A stretch of DNA of 64,000 nt from Eubacterium sp. UBA5416 (GCA_002409525.1 DHNM01000002.1:512-64511), one strand, 5' to 3'. Positions 47,968 through 58,101 are shown, counted from the first letter of the stretch. Notes: generated from the sequence alone by a model not told the origin. A program made the numbers and translations.

Positions 47968-49323
47968 TTATTCGGCGTTTGAAGCCTGATACTCTGTTGC
48001 CCAGTTGTCTACAAAAGCAGTCTTAACTGCATCCCATTTGCCAGTCCCCTGTGCATACTCTAAAAGTGCGGAACCCAAATCATTTTTCCAAGTCTCAGAA
48101 GGCATGGTTGTGAAGTTCCAGCTTACAGGCTTTTTACCGTCTTTTGTATAATCATCATTTGCTTTTACCAGGGGGTTGCTTGGCAGATACTCATCAAATG
48201 TTGTGAATGGTGTTACAAATCCCATTTCATTCGCAAGCATATCACGGCCGTCATCACTTTCCACAACCCAGGCCATAAAGTCTAATGTCGCCTGAATATC
48301 TTCCTGATCTGCATTCTTGTTTACGCACCAGTAGTTCTCGGAACCTGTGCAAAGTCCCTGATCTTCTTCGCCTTTGACACCGATATAGATCGGAAGCATA
48401 CCCATATCTTCATCGGCTACTTCCATATCTTTTACGTCATTGTAAGCCCAGGTACCATTCTGGTAGAACACTGCTTCTCCCAGAGCAAATTCAGATGCTG
48501 CGTCTTCACCGGTTTTTGAAGATAGCATGCTTGGTTTACAGGTAGAATCTTTGATGTACAGATCCCAGATATTTTTATAATCATCCAGATAGCTGCCTTC
48601 GATTGCATCGGTAGAATCAATTCCCTTATCTTTATATTCATAGTAAATCGGAAGGTTTGCAAGATGCGTCTTAAATCTCCAGTCTGAAGAGGAATCCATA
48701 CCGGCCGAGGTAAATGCTCCTTCCACCCCCAGATCATCTTTGTGAGCCTGAATACCATCCGCTGTCTTCTTCAGTGCGTCAAAATTATTCAATTCATCAA
48801 TGGATTTTACTTCTGCATCCGGCAGTTTAAAGTACTTATTTAAAATTGCTTTGTTGTAGACGAGCCCGTAAGTCTCAATTACATAGGCGATTCCCTGTAC
48901 CGTATCACCGTCTTTTAATGCATAGTCATCACTGGAGAGGTCTTTATAAATCTGGCTGTCTGATAAGTCATAGCAGTAGTCCTTCCATGATTTCAGACCT
49001 ACCGGTCCATTGACCTGAAATAGTGTCGGCGGCTCATCTTTTGCCATTTCAGACTTCAGCGTTGACTCATAAGTACCCGAGGCTGCGGTCTGAACCTGAA
49101 CATCCACACCGGTCTCATCGGTGTAAGTCTTAGCCAGTTCCACCCATTGATCCGCCTGTTCAGGCTTGAAGTTCAGATAATAAACTTTTCCATCACCGGA
49201 TGATTTGGCATCTTCGCTTTTCGGTTTGGAGTTTCCCTTGTCATTACTGTTTCCACATCCCGCGAACATACCAGTAATCATCGTTGCTGAAACCAAGACT
49301 GCAAATTCTTTTTTTAACTTCAC
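47968..49323 (-). CDS. ABC substrate-binding lipoprotein resembling bifidobacterial GNB/LNB-binding protein (GL-BP/GltA)
   Basis: Lipobox FAGC; VYYLNFKPE, TAASGTYE.TLKSE, PTLFQVNGPVG, SSSDWRFKTHLANLP, FYQNGTWA, TGSENYWC, LGSALLEYAQG match my recollection of GL-BP; GTG start. Confidence 0.85.
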   Translation of the reverse strand: MKLKKEFAVLVSATMITGMFAGCGNSNDKGNSKPKSEDAKSSGDGKVYYLNFKPEQADQWVELAKTYTDETGVDVQVQTAASGTYESTLKSEMAKDEPPTLFQVNGPVGLKSWKDYCYDLSDSQIYKDLSSDDYALKDGDTVQGIAYVIETYGLVYNKAILNKYFKLPDAEVKSIDELNNFDALKKTADGIQAHKDDLGVEGAFTSAGMDSSSDWRFKTHLANLPIYYEYKDKGIDSTDAIEGSYLDDYKNIWDLYIKDSTCKPSMLSSKTGEDAASEFALGEAVFYQNGTWAYNDVKDMEVADEDMGMLPIYIGVKGEEDQGLCTGSENYWCVNKNADQEDIQATLDFMAWVVESDDGRDMLANEMGFVTPFTTFDEYLPSNPLVKANDDYTKDGKKPVSWNFTTMPSETWKNDLGSALLEYAQGTGKWDAVKTAFVDNWATEYQASNAE

Positions 49324-49452
49324 TTTCTTCTCCTCCTTTTATCTCTTAGAATAAATCATGCCCTGAATACTCACGTATGATTCTTCCGGCGGTGATTTTC
49401 CCTTTATTCTTTATGATTTCATTATAGATAAGAAAGCCTTTTTTGTGTATAT

Positions 49453-49494
49453 AAAAAAATCCGGAATCATGTAACAAATTCATGATTCCGGATT
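49453..49494 (-). terminator. Rho-independent terminator after the serine hydrolase gene
   Basis: aatccggaatcatg (49458-49471) / catgattccggatt (49481-49494) perfect 14-bp stem with an adjacent A-run (U-tract on minus strand). Confidence 0.85.
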
Positions 49495-49558
49495 AATCTG
49501 ATAGCGTGCGTCAGACGTATCAATGCATGGCACGATATTATACCTTGAACTCGGATTC

Positions 49559-50482
49559 TCAAAGTTTCATCAGCACCATCTCATGAAGTTTTGTTTTGAC
49601 TTCATCAAAATTTCCTTCTTCCGGACACTGCACAGCTATCACATAACCAGAATCCGGAAGTATCGTCGTGATCTGTCCAAAGGCACCATCTGCGCGGCAG
49701 GAATCTTTATATGGTGACATCCAGAACTGATATCCATAACCACAGTTCCAGATATCATCAGAAGTATGATCCGGATCAGTTTCAATATGTTTTGACGTAG
49801 CCGTCTGTATCCATCCGGATTCCACAAGGCGCCTGCCTTCCCACATACCATTGGCAAGATACAGCTGTCCCAGTTTCATCATATCGGTCAGTTTCAGGAA
49901 CATCCCACCACCGCCGATAGGATGCCCCTGCGGATCGTTATCCCAGATTGGATATTCTATATGCATTGGACAAAGCAGGCGCTCATACAGATACTGAGAC
50001 AATCTCATGCCAACCGCTTTCTCAACCATTCTCCCTGCCAGGACAGAATCAGCGGTAGAATAGTAAAATCTTGTCCCCGGATCCTCGAGTACCTCTTGTG
50101 ACAGCATATATTTCATGTAATCCGGAAAACCGACCCCATTTCTCCGGTCATCTCCCATCAGGTATGCTTTGCCGAAACCGCTTGACATGGTCAGAAGATC
50201 GAGGAGACGTATCTTTTCGAGCCTTTTGGACGAATTCAAGGGGATATCCTCTGGAAAATAATCGGTAAGTTTGTCTTCCAGGTCAAGCTTACCCTCTGAA
50301 ACAGCGATTCCCACAGCGGTAGACATAAAGCTTTTGGTATGGGAATAGATGTTTCTCGGTCGATCCGGCGTAAAATGATGTTCAAAGATCACACGTTTCT
50401 CATCCCCGGCCGCAATTCCCTCAATCGGCAGATTGTTCTTATCCGCATAACCCACGAACTCTTGTATCAGTTTCTCAATCAT
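49559..50482 (-). CDS. Serine hydrolase, beta-lactamase/family VIII esterase fold
   Basis: SxxK (SHTK), LLTMSSG, PGTRFYYS, YGYQFW, ADGAFGQ; no signal peptide. Confidence 0.85.
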   Translation of the reverse strand: MIEKLIQEFVGYADKNNLPIEGIAAGDEKRVIFEHHFTPDRPRNIYSHTKSFMSTAVGIAVSEGKLDLEDKLTDYFPEDIPLNSSKRLEKIRLLDLLTMSSGFGKAYLMGDDRRNGVGFPDYMKYMLSQEVLEDPGTRFYYSTADSVLAGRMVEKAVGMRLSQYLYERLLCPMHIEYPIWDNDPQGHPIGGGGMFLKLTDMMKLGQLYLANGMWEGRRLVESGWIQTATSKHIETDPDHTSDDIWNCGYGYQFWMSPYKDSCRADGAFGQITTILPDSGYVIAVQCPEEGNFDEVKTKLHEMVLMKL

Positions 50483-50575
50483 ATCAATACCTCCTCATAG
50501 CAAAATAATAATATCACTCGTGCTTCTGGTCTTAAGATAACACATTTTCATCATCTGCGCCAGACATCCATAAAA

Positions 50576-50851
50576 TCAGATTTTCTTCATCTCTCCGCCT
50601 TTGATTTCTACTCCTTCATCGTCCACGCTGATCCACACACTTTGTACACTTGGATTATACACAAGATCCTGATCAATGGTATACTTCAGATTTCCGGCAT
50701 CATTCATGTAATCTACAATCTCAATATTTGTCGCATACCAGATATCATCATACCCGCCCATCTTCCTACAGAACTCATCAATTAATTCCCAGTTATTATC
50801 TCTGGAGAATTCAAAGCTGTGCCCCCAAACGTACATCATGTAAAGATACTG
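50576..50851 (-). pseudogene. C-terminal remnant of a polysaccharide deacetylase (CE4/NodB-like)
   Basis: QYLYMMYVWGHSFEF...NNWELIDEFC...DDIWYATNIEIVDY is the tail of a longer family; the frame is closed just upstream (TGA) and overlapped by the PL11-CE12 3' end. Confidence 0.7.
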
Positions 50852-53774
50852 GCAGCCTCTCCTTCATCTCTCTTGCAAGAATCCCGGCGTATTTTCTCGC
50901 ACCGTCTGTCACCAGGTGAACATTGTCCTGATTGTACCATTTTGCTGTTTCCTGTGGTCTCTGATTTCTGCATGCAGTTAAGGTTAACGTATACATGTCG
51001 ATATACGGTATTTCTTCCTTTTTCGCCAGTTTTTTCATCTCATAGGTATACTGCTGCAGGAGATCCTCGAGCTTTTTGCGGTCCCCGACCTGATTTCTGG
51101 TACATGGTCTCAAAGCAATCGGAGAAAGCAGCACCGGAAATGCCTGTTTTTTTCTGGCACATTCGATATATTTTCCGATGGAATCGGCAAATTCCTCCAC
51201 CGGAACGTATCGCTTTGGTTTATCCCGGGCCGCATCATTATGTCCGAACTGAATCAGCAGATAATCTCCTGCCTGTATCTGCGAAATGATGTCATCCAGG
51301 CGTCCTTCTTCCCTGAAACTGCGAGAGGACCTGCCGGCCATTGCACAGTTATCGACGATAAATTTCCGATTTTCATAACGTTTCTCCTGGTCAAATGGAC
51401 TACTCTTCCTGTGGCTCGTCTTAATCACGTCCTTCAAATCCAGTAGTTCCATCAGCATCTCTCCCCATCCTGTCTGCGGCCGGCTTTCTTTTCCATAGCT
51501 CTGGGCTGTTGAGTCACCTGCCAGATAAATGACTGGTTTTTGGTTCATTTCCGGAAGAACCCGAGAAAAGTCCATATCCGATGCATAATAGAATTTCGGA
51601 TAACAAGGCTGATTATAGCAGTTGTTCTGCCACGCCACGCCACAGCGATACTGTGTGTCATGCATCAGAGTAAACATCTTATGACCACTCACCTGTGTAT
51701 TCGTATAGATCCGGACAGCCGAACTATCCTCAGTTCGAAGCAGGAGCTCCTCCCGGCTGTCTCCAAAGATATCAGCCACCAGACAGGGATTTCCTTTTGT
51801 TCCATTGTTCACAAGTGTTCCCTCAGGCCTCATCATAACGCCGTGTTCATAATCATTGATCACACCGGTTCCCTGTCCGTGAAGATAATCCTCCCCGTCC
51901 GTTACTTGTGTGCTCATATCACCTGCCCAACGAATAGACATATTCGTGCCAAGTGTATCTTTGCTTAGAAGATTTCCTTTGCAGTCAAAAGTTCCCACCC
52001 GGTTTACCCAGCACTGCAGGCCTCTTTTTGAACAAACGTCACCAACCATACAGCGCCCCAGATCTTTTGTGGCATATTCTCCAAATATGACCGTTCCATC
52101 CTCCGCTCGTCGAAGGGCAAAGCCATAAGGTGCCTTCTCGGCTCCTTCAAATACATTAAAAATCTCGAGCCCCGGCCTGTCGGGATCGATATTGGCAACA
52201 TGCATGGCATCGCCATGTCCAAGTTTTGCCTGCCGCCCATCCGGGAGAAGATCGTAAGAACTGTACAGCAGGCTTCCGTCGTGGTCGATACAGGCCGCAC
52301 CATATAGGATCTCCATGTATCCGTCTCCATCGACATCAGCTGCAGCCAGTGAGTGATTTCCCTGTCCGGCCAGCCTGCCGAATACCGGATCATCCCCTTC
52401 TTTTTCATGGGGATTCGCCCGAAAGGGATTCTTCATCGGCACAAATCCACTGTCCACGGTCCACACTTTGCGAAACTCGTTTTCGGCAAAATCATAAGCT
52501 GCAATCTCCGTTCGGGTATAGTATCCGCGGCAGACAATCAGATAAGGATGCCTTCCGTCAAGATATGCAACCCCTGACAGGAAACGATCCACACGATTGC
52601 ATGGCTCAATACGCGCCATTGCATAATCGCCCCAGCGAAGCCCGTCATCTTCCCTCGGAAATGGAAATCGAATCGTCGAAATCTCCGATCCATCCCCGCC
52701 GAACATAGTAAGGTACTCCGGTCCATTATAGATAAAACCCTCAAATTCACGCAGCCGGTTCTTCTCACTTCTCAAGGGTGCATACGTATCCAAAAAATAA
52801 TCAGTCAGGCTTCTGGCATCCTCATCGGAAAGCGGGTAAGTGAAATGTTTATCGGTTCCAAAACATTCCTCCAAGGTCAATGGCCAGCTGTGGTCTTTCA
52901 CTTCCGGCTGATCCTGCCAGTTTTGGAATACTTCCACCAGGTGCTCATAGTAATCCCCGGCCGAACACACATAAGAATCACTGTGTGCATATCCTTTTCG
53001 GACATCCTCCTGCGGCATCGTGATAAAACGTAATTTTGTACCTATTCTTCTATGTTTTGAACCACTGTCTTCATAAGAGTAGACACACATGTTTGTTCCG
53101 GGTGCAGTTTTTACAGCAACTTCCGCTTTTCCGTCTCCATTGAAGTCATAGCATATAAACTGCGTATAATGTGCACCGGCGCGGATATTTTCACCCATGT
53201 CCAACCGCCACAACAGTTTCCCGTCCAGTTTATAACAATCCAGGAAGCAGTGCCCCGTATAGCCTTTGATAGAAACATCTTTGGAATTCGAAGGGTCCCA
53301 TTTGACCATATACTCATATTCCCCGTCACCATCCACATCTGCGACCGACATATCATTTGCAGAATATTCGTACTCCTCATCTTTTGGCGTCACACCGGAA
53401 GCAGGCTTTTGAAGGGGAATGTCAAGATACGGCTTCTCCCAGACATTTACACCGTCACATGCGGAATATTGTGTGTCACCCAAAACTGCTGCGACACTGT
53501 AGATTGAATCTCTGTCTCCCCCCTGATCCAGATAATTTGTGCTGTTGTCTACCTGCGCAATCTTTCGGTTATCACGGTAAATGATAAAATTCACACCGTC
53601 AAGTCCACAATTGTCTTCTTTTACTCCGGTGACTTCCGTAAGCAGAAAACGCCAGCTTAAGAACACCCCTTGTTTTGTCATTACTGCGATCAAGCCACGG
53701 TTCAGGTCCTCCAGCTGCTCCTCTGGCATCCCATATACCGGTGTCGTAAGCATATCCATATCTTCAATTCTCAT
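50811..53774 (-). CDS. Cytoplasmic rhamnogalacturonan lyase (PL11) fused to a C-terminal CE12 acetylesterase
   Basis: EDLNRGL..GVFLSWR, ADVDGDGEYE..VKWDPSNSKD, NIRAGAHYTQF, RGYYTRT, GQGNH, HGDA, NGTKGNP, WQN..YNQP; then AGDST, GWG, AMAGRSS, QFGHND, DNVH; no signal peptide; start ATG 53774 after GAGAGG. Confidence 0.92.
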   Translation of the reverse strand: MRIEDMDMLTTPVYGMPEEQLEDLNRGLIAVMTKQGVFLSWRFLLTEVTGVKEDNCGLDGVNFIIYRDNRKIAQVDNSTNYLDQGGDRDSIYSVAAVLGDTQYSACDGVNVWEKPYLDIPLQKPASGVTPKDEEYEYSANDMSVADVDGDGEYEYMVKWDPSNSKDVSIKGYTGHCFLDCYKLDGKLLWRLDMGENIRAGAHYTQFICYDFNGDGKAEVAVKTAPGTNMCVYSYEDSGSKHRRIGTKLRFITMPQEDVRKGYAHSDSYVCSAGDYYEHLVEVFQNWQDQPEVKDHSWPLTLEECFGTDKHFTYPLSDEDARSLTDYFLDTYAPLRSEKNRLREFEGFIYNGPEYLTMFGGDGSEISTIRFPFPREDDGLRWGDYAMARIEPCNRVDRFLSGVAYLDGRHPYLIVCRGYYTRTEIAAYDFAENEFRKVWTVDSGFVPMKNPFRANPHEKEGDDPVFGRLAGQGNHSLAAADVDGDGYMEILYGAACIDHDGSLLYSSYDLLPDGRQAKLGHGDAMHVANIDPDRPGLEIFNVFEGAEKAPYGFALRRAEDGTVIFGEYATKDLGRCMVGDVCSKRGLQCWVNRVGTFDCKGNLLSKDTLGTNMSIRWAGDMSTQVTDGEDYLHGQGTGVINDYEHGVMMRPEGTLVNNGTKGNPCLVADIFGDSREELLLRTEDSSAVRIYTNTQVSGHKMFTLMHDTQYRCGVAWQNNCYNQPCYPKFYYASDMDFSRVLPEMNQKPVIYLAGDSTAQSYGKESRPQTGWGEMLMELLDLKDVIKTSHRKSSPFDQEKRYENRKFIVDNCAMAGRSSRSFREEGRLDDIISQIQAGDYLLIQFGHNDAARDKPKRYVPVEEFADSIGKYIECARKKQAFPVLLSPIALRPCTRNQVGDRKKLEDLLQQYTYEMKKLAKKEEIPYIDMYTLTLTACRNQRPQETAKWYNQDNVHLVTDGARKYAGILAREMKERLPVSLHDVRLGAQL

Positions 53775-53787
53775 TATTGAACCTCTC

Positions 53788-56451
53788 TTACGCTTTGCGA
53801 AATGCATTTCCATCTTCATCTATACAGTCCGCCAGCTGGTCGGCCACTTTTAAAGTAGACGGCAGCCTGTCTCTTATAAATTCCAGTGAAACAATTACAT
53901 TCAAACACCACTGTGCCGTAAAGTTTGTTGTAATCCATGGAATCTCATTCAGTACCTTTCTGTTACCCTGATTATGCAGGGTAACAGAGAGAAATCCATC
54001 ATGGTTTTTCTCTGTACTCAAACTGGAAAACAAATGACCCCACGTTTTTCGGGCAAGGGTATCATCATTCTGCCGTGATGCCCCATAGGCTCCCATGGCT
54101 GCCGCCATAAAGGGAAACGTAAACTTTCTCTTCCCGATCAGACCATTCGATTCCCTGACCCTCCCCTTATCAGAAAGATAATAGAACCTGCCATATTCGG
54201 CCATCATCTGACGGAATTCTTCGTCATCCAGAAGATCTGCCAGCTCCATCCAGGTCTCTGGTGCACCCATGCAGATCTGCAGATGTGTGCCCCCCGTTGT
54301 CCGTTCACCGATGTAACGCAGATGACAGTCTCCCGGATTAAACTCAAAATCCGGCCCCGAAATCAACTTCAATGGTGCCGCCTTAATATCAGAAAGCCCT
54401 GCAAGGATCTTATCCCGGTAAGCCGGATCCCCGGTCTGTTCCCACCGCGTCATCCAGTTTGAACAAAGTGCCGACCAGTCTGGCCCGCTTCTGGCATGCG
54501 CCGGATAAATCATATCCTTTTTATCATAGAAATCTCCCAGTGGATCATGTTTATAAAAAGTCTCCTCATTATCCTTTAGTTCACGGAAAACATCCTCTAG
54601 GCGCCGGTCACCCGTGAGATAATAATACACCCTGTGATGGCCGGCCATGGCAATCCGTGCCTCCTTGCAGGGGCAGCCCCAGTGGCGCACATTGTGACGC
54701 GAACCCAGGCCTTTATATCTTCCGATGTGATAGACATCTACCTCGGATGCATGACGGGAAAGCTTCTCCGCCAGCAAAAACACATCTTCCCTGCCGCTTC
54801 GCAGGAAATAATACCAGAGCCACATCGTCGGCATTAGCTCCGTGTTATCCCATGCATATCCACCCATGTCATACTTCCACTGATGGGCATCTTTATCATA
54901 GCTGTGCATGAAATCCCCATAATTAAACATGCCATACCAGTTTCTCTGCTTTACCTCATCACGATAAAACTCAAAAGCACGGTCGAGCTGCTCCTCAAGC
55001 CATTTCTCAGTTTCACTGCTCTCATTTGGCAGTGACCAATATCCAAATGCTTTCCTCCCATGATAAAATGCCGGGTCTCCCACATACCTCGGTGGATATT
55101 TCACATGGAACTGAAAGTCTGTGATCTCTTCATCCGTGGAAATGATACTTTCACTGAGGCTGACACTGCATTCGCTCGTACATGCGATCCCATAAGGATC
55201 CGCTCCCTTGTAATCATATCCCTCATAGCATACCTGATTGTATCCCCGTTTTGCATAATGGCGAAAATCCATCGGAGTACTCTGCGGTGACCAGAACCAC
55301 ATGGCAGCGCTGGCCTCCACCTCCGTCAGATATGAAAATGTATATCCGGAAGGATATCTCTCCCAGAAATCACGAATCGCCATCCGAACGCATCCCCGCT
55401 CTGAACCCAGGGCGGCACCGCCATCGCTTCTCTTTCCCGACATGCAGTCAATATAGCAGCAGTTATCATCTTTAACTTTCTTTTTTACGGAAAAATGGCT
55501 CTCACTGTCCTGGCAGAAGTCATACTCATCCCAAAACGGCATGTCTTTCATGACTGTTTGAACTGTATCCAGATCATTATCAGAAAGATTTAGTTTACAC
55601 CCATCTGTCTGCTGAGTGCGGATATTCTCCGGAATCCGTGGATGCCAGCTGCGAAGAGGCACTGCCGTCTCATGGAAAACTCCATAATCACCGGCAAACT
55701 TTACATGCCGATTATACAAGGGACCATCCATCGGAACTTCAAAAACAATTCCGATTCCTTTTAAGAAATCGCGGTCCTCATCCCCGTCATAGACAAAAGT
55801 ATGCGTGAATTCCAGATCCGGACTGTTCCACCCGATCTTCATCCGTATAACAAATGGAAAGCGTTCCTCTCCAGCCTCATTTATGTGAATTCCCGAAAAA
55901 CGGATTGTTGTCTGAAGTTCTCCGGGATCTTCGATCATAATCCGGTCAATTCTGGAGGAAAATCTATATTCAGTCTTACTCTCTTTGGCCTCTTCCTTAT
56001 CTGAATCCGGTACTTCCGGGCGCTCCAGAATCAACACATCTTTCGCTGCCCCAAGGAGTTCTTTGCCACAATATAGCGCAGATTCCAGTAAATTTCCCGT
56101 TCCCTGTTTAACCGTTACCTTCATGTCTCCAGCATCAATAAATAAAATTTGTTTGTCTTCTTTCTCAATGATCTGAATTCCTTTTGTTTTCAGTTTTAAC
56201 GCTTTAGAAGGTGCTTCTTTTGAAAGCACCTCAACATTTTTCCCCATTCGGATACTGTCGGCTGTATGGGCCGTCCATTTTACTGAACCATCCGGCCAGT
56301 ATGCGGTTACCCGAGACTGAACCGGGACTATCATCCCGGATTCATTTTCAAGCTGATAATCGCTGTCATCTTTTATCTCGCCTTTGTTCCACATACAGCC
56401 CCAGGTTGTATACCCGGAAGGTTTATGATTTCCTAATAAATGGAGTTTCAT
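53788..56451 (-). CDS. yetA: Exo-rhamnogalacturonan lyase (PL26), YetA-like
   Basis: TWG..W..G, AYWPDGSVKWTAH, WYG..NYGDFMH, YD.GGYAWDNTEL, RH.SEVD, GLGSRHNV.HWGC..KEARI; no signal peptide. Confidence 0.85.
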   Translation of the reverse strand: MKLHLLGNHKPSGYTTWGCMWNKGEIKDDSDYQLENESGMIVPVQSRVTAYWPDGSVKWTAHTADSIRMGKNVEVLSKEAPSKALKLKTKGIQIIEKEDKQILFIDAGDMKVTVKQGTGNLLESALYCGKELLGAAKDVLILERPEVPDSDKEEAKESKTEYRFSSRIDRIMIEDPGELQTTIRFSGIHINEAGEERFPFVIRMKIGWNSPDLEFTHTFVYDGDEDRDFLKGIGIVFEVPMDGPLYNRHVKFAGDYGVFHETAVPLRSWHPRIPENIRTQQTDGCKLNLSDNDLDTVQTVMKDMPFWDEYDFCQDSESHFSVKKKVKDDNCCYIDCMSGKRSDGGAALGSERGCVRMAIRDFWERYPSGYTFSYLTEVEASAAMWFWSPQSTPMDFRHYAKRGYNQVCYEGYDYKGADPYGIACTSECSVSLSESIISTDEEITDFQFHVKYPPRYVGDPAFYHGRKAFGYWSLPNESSETEKWLEEQLDRAFEFYRDEVKQRNWYGMFNYGDFMHSYDKDAHQWKYDMGGYAWDNTELMPTMWLWYYFLRSGREDVFLLAEKLSRHASEVDVYHIGRYKGLGSRHNVRHWGCPCKEARIAMAGHHRVYYYLTGDRRLEDVFRELKDNEETFYKHDPLGDFYDKKDMIYPAHARSGPDWSALCSNWMTRWEQTGDPAYRDKILAGLSDIKAAPLKLISGPDFEFNPGDCHLRYIGERTTGGTHLQICMGAPETWMELADLLDDEEFRQMMAEYGRFYYLSDKGRVRESNGLIGKRKFTFPFMAAAMGAYGASRQNDDTLARKTWGHLFSSLSTEKNHDGFLSVTLHNQGNRKVLNEIPWITTNFTAQWCLNVIVSLEFIRDRLPSTLKVADQLADCIDEDGNAFRKA

Positions 56452-58037
56452 TATTTCCCCTGATCTTCCTGATATAATTTATTTACATCTTCAATTAAAC
56501 GATCTCCACCGCGATCCAGCCACTGTTTCGCTGCGTCCTTAAAGCCTTTCTCATCGATCTGTCCACAGATATACTGGGTTCTCGCATCATCAATGATCTG
56601 TTTGATATCTGTTCCAACCTCTGCATTTACCTCAGAGTTTGCCAGATAACCGAGAGCCGGATTTGTCACCGCATAGTCTTCATTGCTTTTTGTCACTTCT
56701 TCTGCCTTTTTCTGAATATCTGTCATTTCAAGCTTCGGATTTGACGCTTTATCATTGGGAATATAGGCAAGTGCCTGATTCAGTCCCGCAGATGGAGTCT
56801 GTTCCATCGGGATATCATCGATTTTTTCAATGTTTCCGTCATCATTACTCTTATAAGTGATGTCTTTCAGTCCATAATCAGCCAGGATCAACATCTTGTC
56901 ATCACACATTTTATCCAGAAAATGAAGACAGTTTTTCATGTCCTCCTCTGTCTTGGCACCTGCTTTTGTGATCAGAAAGTATCCGTTAAATCCGCTTGTC
57001 GCAAGTGTTTTGTCGTTGACCGGTCCTACCAGATCCATGGAGGCATTCTTGGACTCATCTACAACAGAGGGGATTTTATTCTTCTCAAAATATTCCCAGA
57101 TCCTCTTTCCGCCATCCATGACATCTATAAACATCCCATCTTCGCCCTTTTTACATCCTTCCTGAAAAGTTCCGGAATCGATCGTCGCCCAGTCTTTTCG
57201 GATCAGACCGTCATCATACATCTTCTTCATCCAGTTTAAGGACTCCATATATTCCTTTGTCTGATGAACAGGGACGAGCCTCTTTCCCTGCTTTGTCCAC
57301 TCATTTCCGACACCAAACCAGGTCTGAATGACATCCAGGGGGCCTGTGTATTTGGTCATCTCAAGTCCATATGTATCGTCCTTACCGTTTCCATCAGGAT
57401 CTTCATAGGTAAACTTATACATCATATTGTATATATCATCCGGCGTTTTTGGCACCTCAGTGATCCCTACTTTTTCTGCCCAATCTTTGCGGTATGACAT
57501 ACCGTAACGACCTTTTGCGCGGGCTCGGTAGATTCCGATTACTTTTCCGTCTACAGTAAGAGCTTTCAATGTTTCTGGATCAGCCTTGGAAAGGTTCGGA
57601 TATTCTTTCTCATCCTTTAGATAATCTGTCAGATCCCAAAATGCACCTTTTTTTGCTGCGTCAACAACATTTGCCGTCAATTCTCCTCCATTCGCAAGAA
57701 TCATCGGCATATTATCGCGGTCCATCAGTGTAAGGCCAAATTTTTCACCATAAGTATCGTTGTTCTCCCATCTCCAGTCAACTTTTGTGTTCGTGTAATT
57801 CTCATACTCTTTGATTACCTCATCGGAGTGATCATTCTTCAGATCCGTACCACTGAAAGACGGCAGCATCATTGATATCTCAGCCCTTTTTTCACTGCTC
57901 TTTCCTGAACTTTCAACGGATTTGGCATCAGCCTTCGTCTCTTTGCTGTCCCTGGCTCCCCCACAGGCACTCATAGATAAAATCATCATCACTGCCATGC
58001 CCATAGCCACAGGATTGTTCCAATTTTTCTTCATCAT
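56451..58037 (-). CDS. Carbohydrate ABC transporter substrate-binding lipoprotein (LplA-like)
   Basis: Lipobox MSAC; GAFWDLT, YRKDW, DPDGNGKDDTYG; start at MMKK after GGAGG. Confidence 0.9.
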   Translation of the reverse strand: MMKKNWNNPVAMGMAVMMILSMSACGGARDSKETKADAKSVESSGKSSEKRAEISMMLPSFSGTDLKNDHSDEVIKEYENYTNTKVDWRWENNDTYGEKFGLTLMDRDNMPMILANGGELTANVVDAAKKGAFWDLTDYLKDEKEYPNLSKADPETLKALTVDGKVIGIYRARAKGRYGMSYRKDWAEKVGITEVPKTPDDIYNMMYKFTYEDPDGNGKDDTYGLEMTKYTGPLDVIQTWFGVGNEWTKQGKRLVPVHQTKEYMESLNWMKKMYDDGLIRKDWATIDSGTFQEGCKKGEDGMFIDVMDGGKRIWEYFEKNKIPSVVDESKNASMDLVGPVNDKTLATSGFNGYFLITKAGAKTEEDMKNCLHFLDKMCDDKMLILADYGLKDITYKSNDDGNIEKIDDIPMEQTPSAGLNQALAYIPNDKASNPKLEMTDIQKKAEEVTKSNEDYAVTNPALGYLANSEVNAEVGTDIKQIIDDARTQYICGQIDEKGFKDAAKQWLDRGGDRLIEDVNKLYQEDQGK

Positions 58038-58101
58038 ACATTCCTCCATCTTTTATATTAGTTCAGCCTTTACGGCAAACAAACAATTTTTCCGGACGCG
58101 A

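Noticed and set aside
49559-50482. Antibiotic-resistance beta-lactamase
   Set aside because: No signal peptide, YxN replaced by YST, no KTG motif; fits the esterase-like branch of the fold
50811-50851. Programmed frameshift joining PL11-CE12 to the deacetylase tail
   Set aside because: No slippery sequence or stimulatory structure seen, and the tail lacks the catalytic N-terminal region; a deletion is simpler
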